Assembly: GCF_006345805.1 (NCBI RefSeq) | Contig: NC_042998.1 | Span: 158,968,001-159,032,000, forward strand | DNA from: Octopus sinensis | Taxonomy: Eukaryota | Direction: 5' to 3' | DNA length: 64,000 nucleotides | Shown here: positions 62,608 to 64,000 of the stretch, piece after piece | Layout of the letters: each line of letters opens with the position of its first letter | Numbering within the stretch: the first letter of the stretch is position 1 | Translations under genes and position numbers: made by a program | Notes under the pieces: generated by a model | The model's database searches: none | What the model was told of the DNA's origin: nothing | The model's input: only the letters and a program-made list of their open reading frames with translations

Positions 62608-63863
62608 GAGATCACCTGACAGGTCATTGAGAGATGACTAACAAATCACTGAGAGGACAACAACGAATGTAATTATTCGGAGAAGACATTTTAGTTGTCA
62701 CCGAGAAGAGAAAGATAAAGTAGCTGTTTAATTCTGTTTCCATCAAGCTTAGATGTGAGAGCAATATGGTTTCATTGATTATAGTCAATAAAATCATATT
62801 GCTCCCACACCTTCCTTAGACACAGGACGTATTGTCATGTGCATCTATTGACTAGTTCAGATGTCGCAGAAAAGATTGATAAATCTTGTGGTGCCAGCAA
62901 CTGCTCTGGAGTGCATTGTTTAATAGTCATGAAAAGGATTCCATCAGAATCTGTAGCATTGCAGAGTTGAATTATCAGAAGGGATTTAGCTTGTAGCGAT
63001 ACACAGAAAGCATGGGAAAAGTTTTGTTTAGTATTTAGTGTGGGTTTAAAAGCAAAACGAGTAACAAAAGCGCTAACACACTGAAATGAATTGAGATGGA
63101 AACTACGATGATCACTCAGCTTGTTGGAACCTTACCTTCTCCTTTATAGTATTGACCATTATCGACTGAAATTACAAATGAAATTTATTATACCAAACTA
63201 GATTACATCATTAAATGAAAGCAAGAATGAAAACAAACAAGTACAGCAGAGAAAACAATATAAGACCAGAAATGTAAGCGATTAAACATTCTCAAGAACC
63301 GCTATATTGATGAAAGAGTGAACATGCGAAGTTGTGGGTTCGATTGATTGCGTGCTAGTTAAATATGGCTCAGTGTGTTTCAAGGAATTGCATATTTCAC
63401 TTTTCTACTTTCATAATACTATATTTTACGGTTACTTCTGGTTAATTCGTTTTTGTATGTGTGTGCATGTGTGTTTGCAGCCCTAAAATTATATGCAGTC
63501 ATATGAGTACGCATGCGGGTGTGAGTTCGTGTTACATATCTGTAAATGTAAAAATCTATACAGGAGAATTTGTTCATGTTCTATCAACACAATGCCCTTT
63601 AAACTTACCTTCAATTTGGAATACATTAATCCCTCGCTATCTTGTGATTCACCTATCGCGCACTCAGTACATCGCGGATTTTTCTGGGTAATATATGCAA
63701 ATTTATATCGCGTACTCCTCAGTATATCCGGATTTCTGCGACCGATAAGTATTTATATTTTTTTAGGTTTTAATTATTTCCGTGGGGGATTTTAGAACGT
63801 TCGCCCGCGATAGTCGAGGGATTATTGCATATAAAAACAAATCATACATACATACATACAAAT

Positions 63864-64000
63864 AGGCGCAGGAGTGGCTGTGTGGTAAGTAGCTTGCTAA
63901 CCAACCACACGGTTGCGGGTTCAGTCCCACTGCGTGGCATCTTGGGCAAGTGTCTTCTGCTATAGCCCCGGGCCGACCAATGCCTTGTGAGTGGATTTGG
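63864..64000 (+). mobile_element. SINE family A, 5' head (runs off the window)
   Basis: AGGCGCAGGAGTGGCTGTGTGGTAAG...GGGTTCAGTCCC...TTGGGCAAGTGTCTTC. Confidence 0.9.

Overview
This is AT-rich, microsatellite-saturated animal DNA with no confidently identifiable host gene. The SINE families and the (TA)n/(ATAC)n/(ATT)n load suggest an octopus or other cephalopod genome (inference). Everything recognisable is mobile DNA. (1) Mariner DNA transposons: one near-intact with 39-bp TIRs and TA target duplication, one decayed, two MITE derivatives and a solo TIR. (2) Non-LTR retroelement relics on the minus strand: RTE-like, CR1-like and an R4/Dong-like element with a restriction-like endonuclease. 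(3) Several Penelope-like elements (PLEs; RT plus C-terminal GIY-YIG). (4) About 20 tRNA-derived SINE copies. Most long ORFs in the track are microsatellite artefacts. The most interesting signal is RNA-level: about a dozen type I hammerhead-ribozyme (HHR) motifs, some with canonical cores and some with variant cores, most lying a short distance upstream of a microsatellite. Two sit in homologous, apparently non-coding units of about 510-540 bp with terminal direct repeats (31485-32216 minus, 44914-45623 plus) that also share a covarying hairpin. These are a candidate retrozyme-like (circular-RNA-derived, PLE-mobilised) family. All folds were derived by eye; no ribozyme activity or novelty has been verified.
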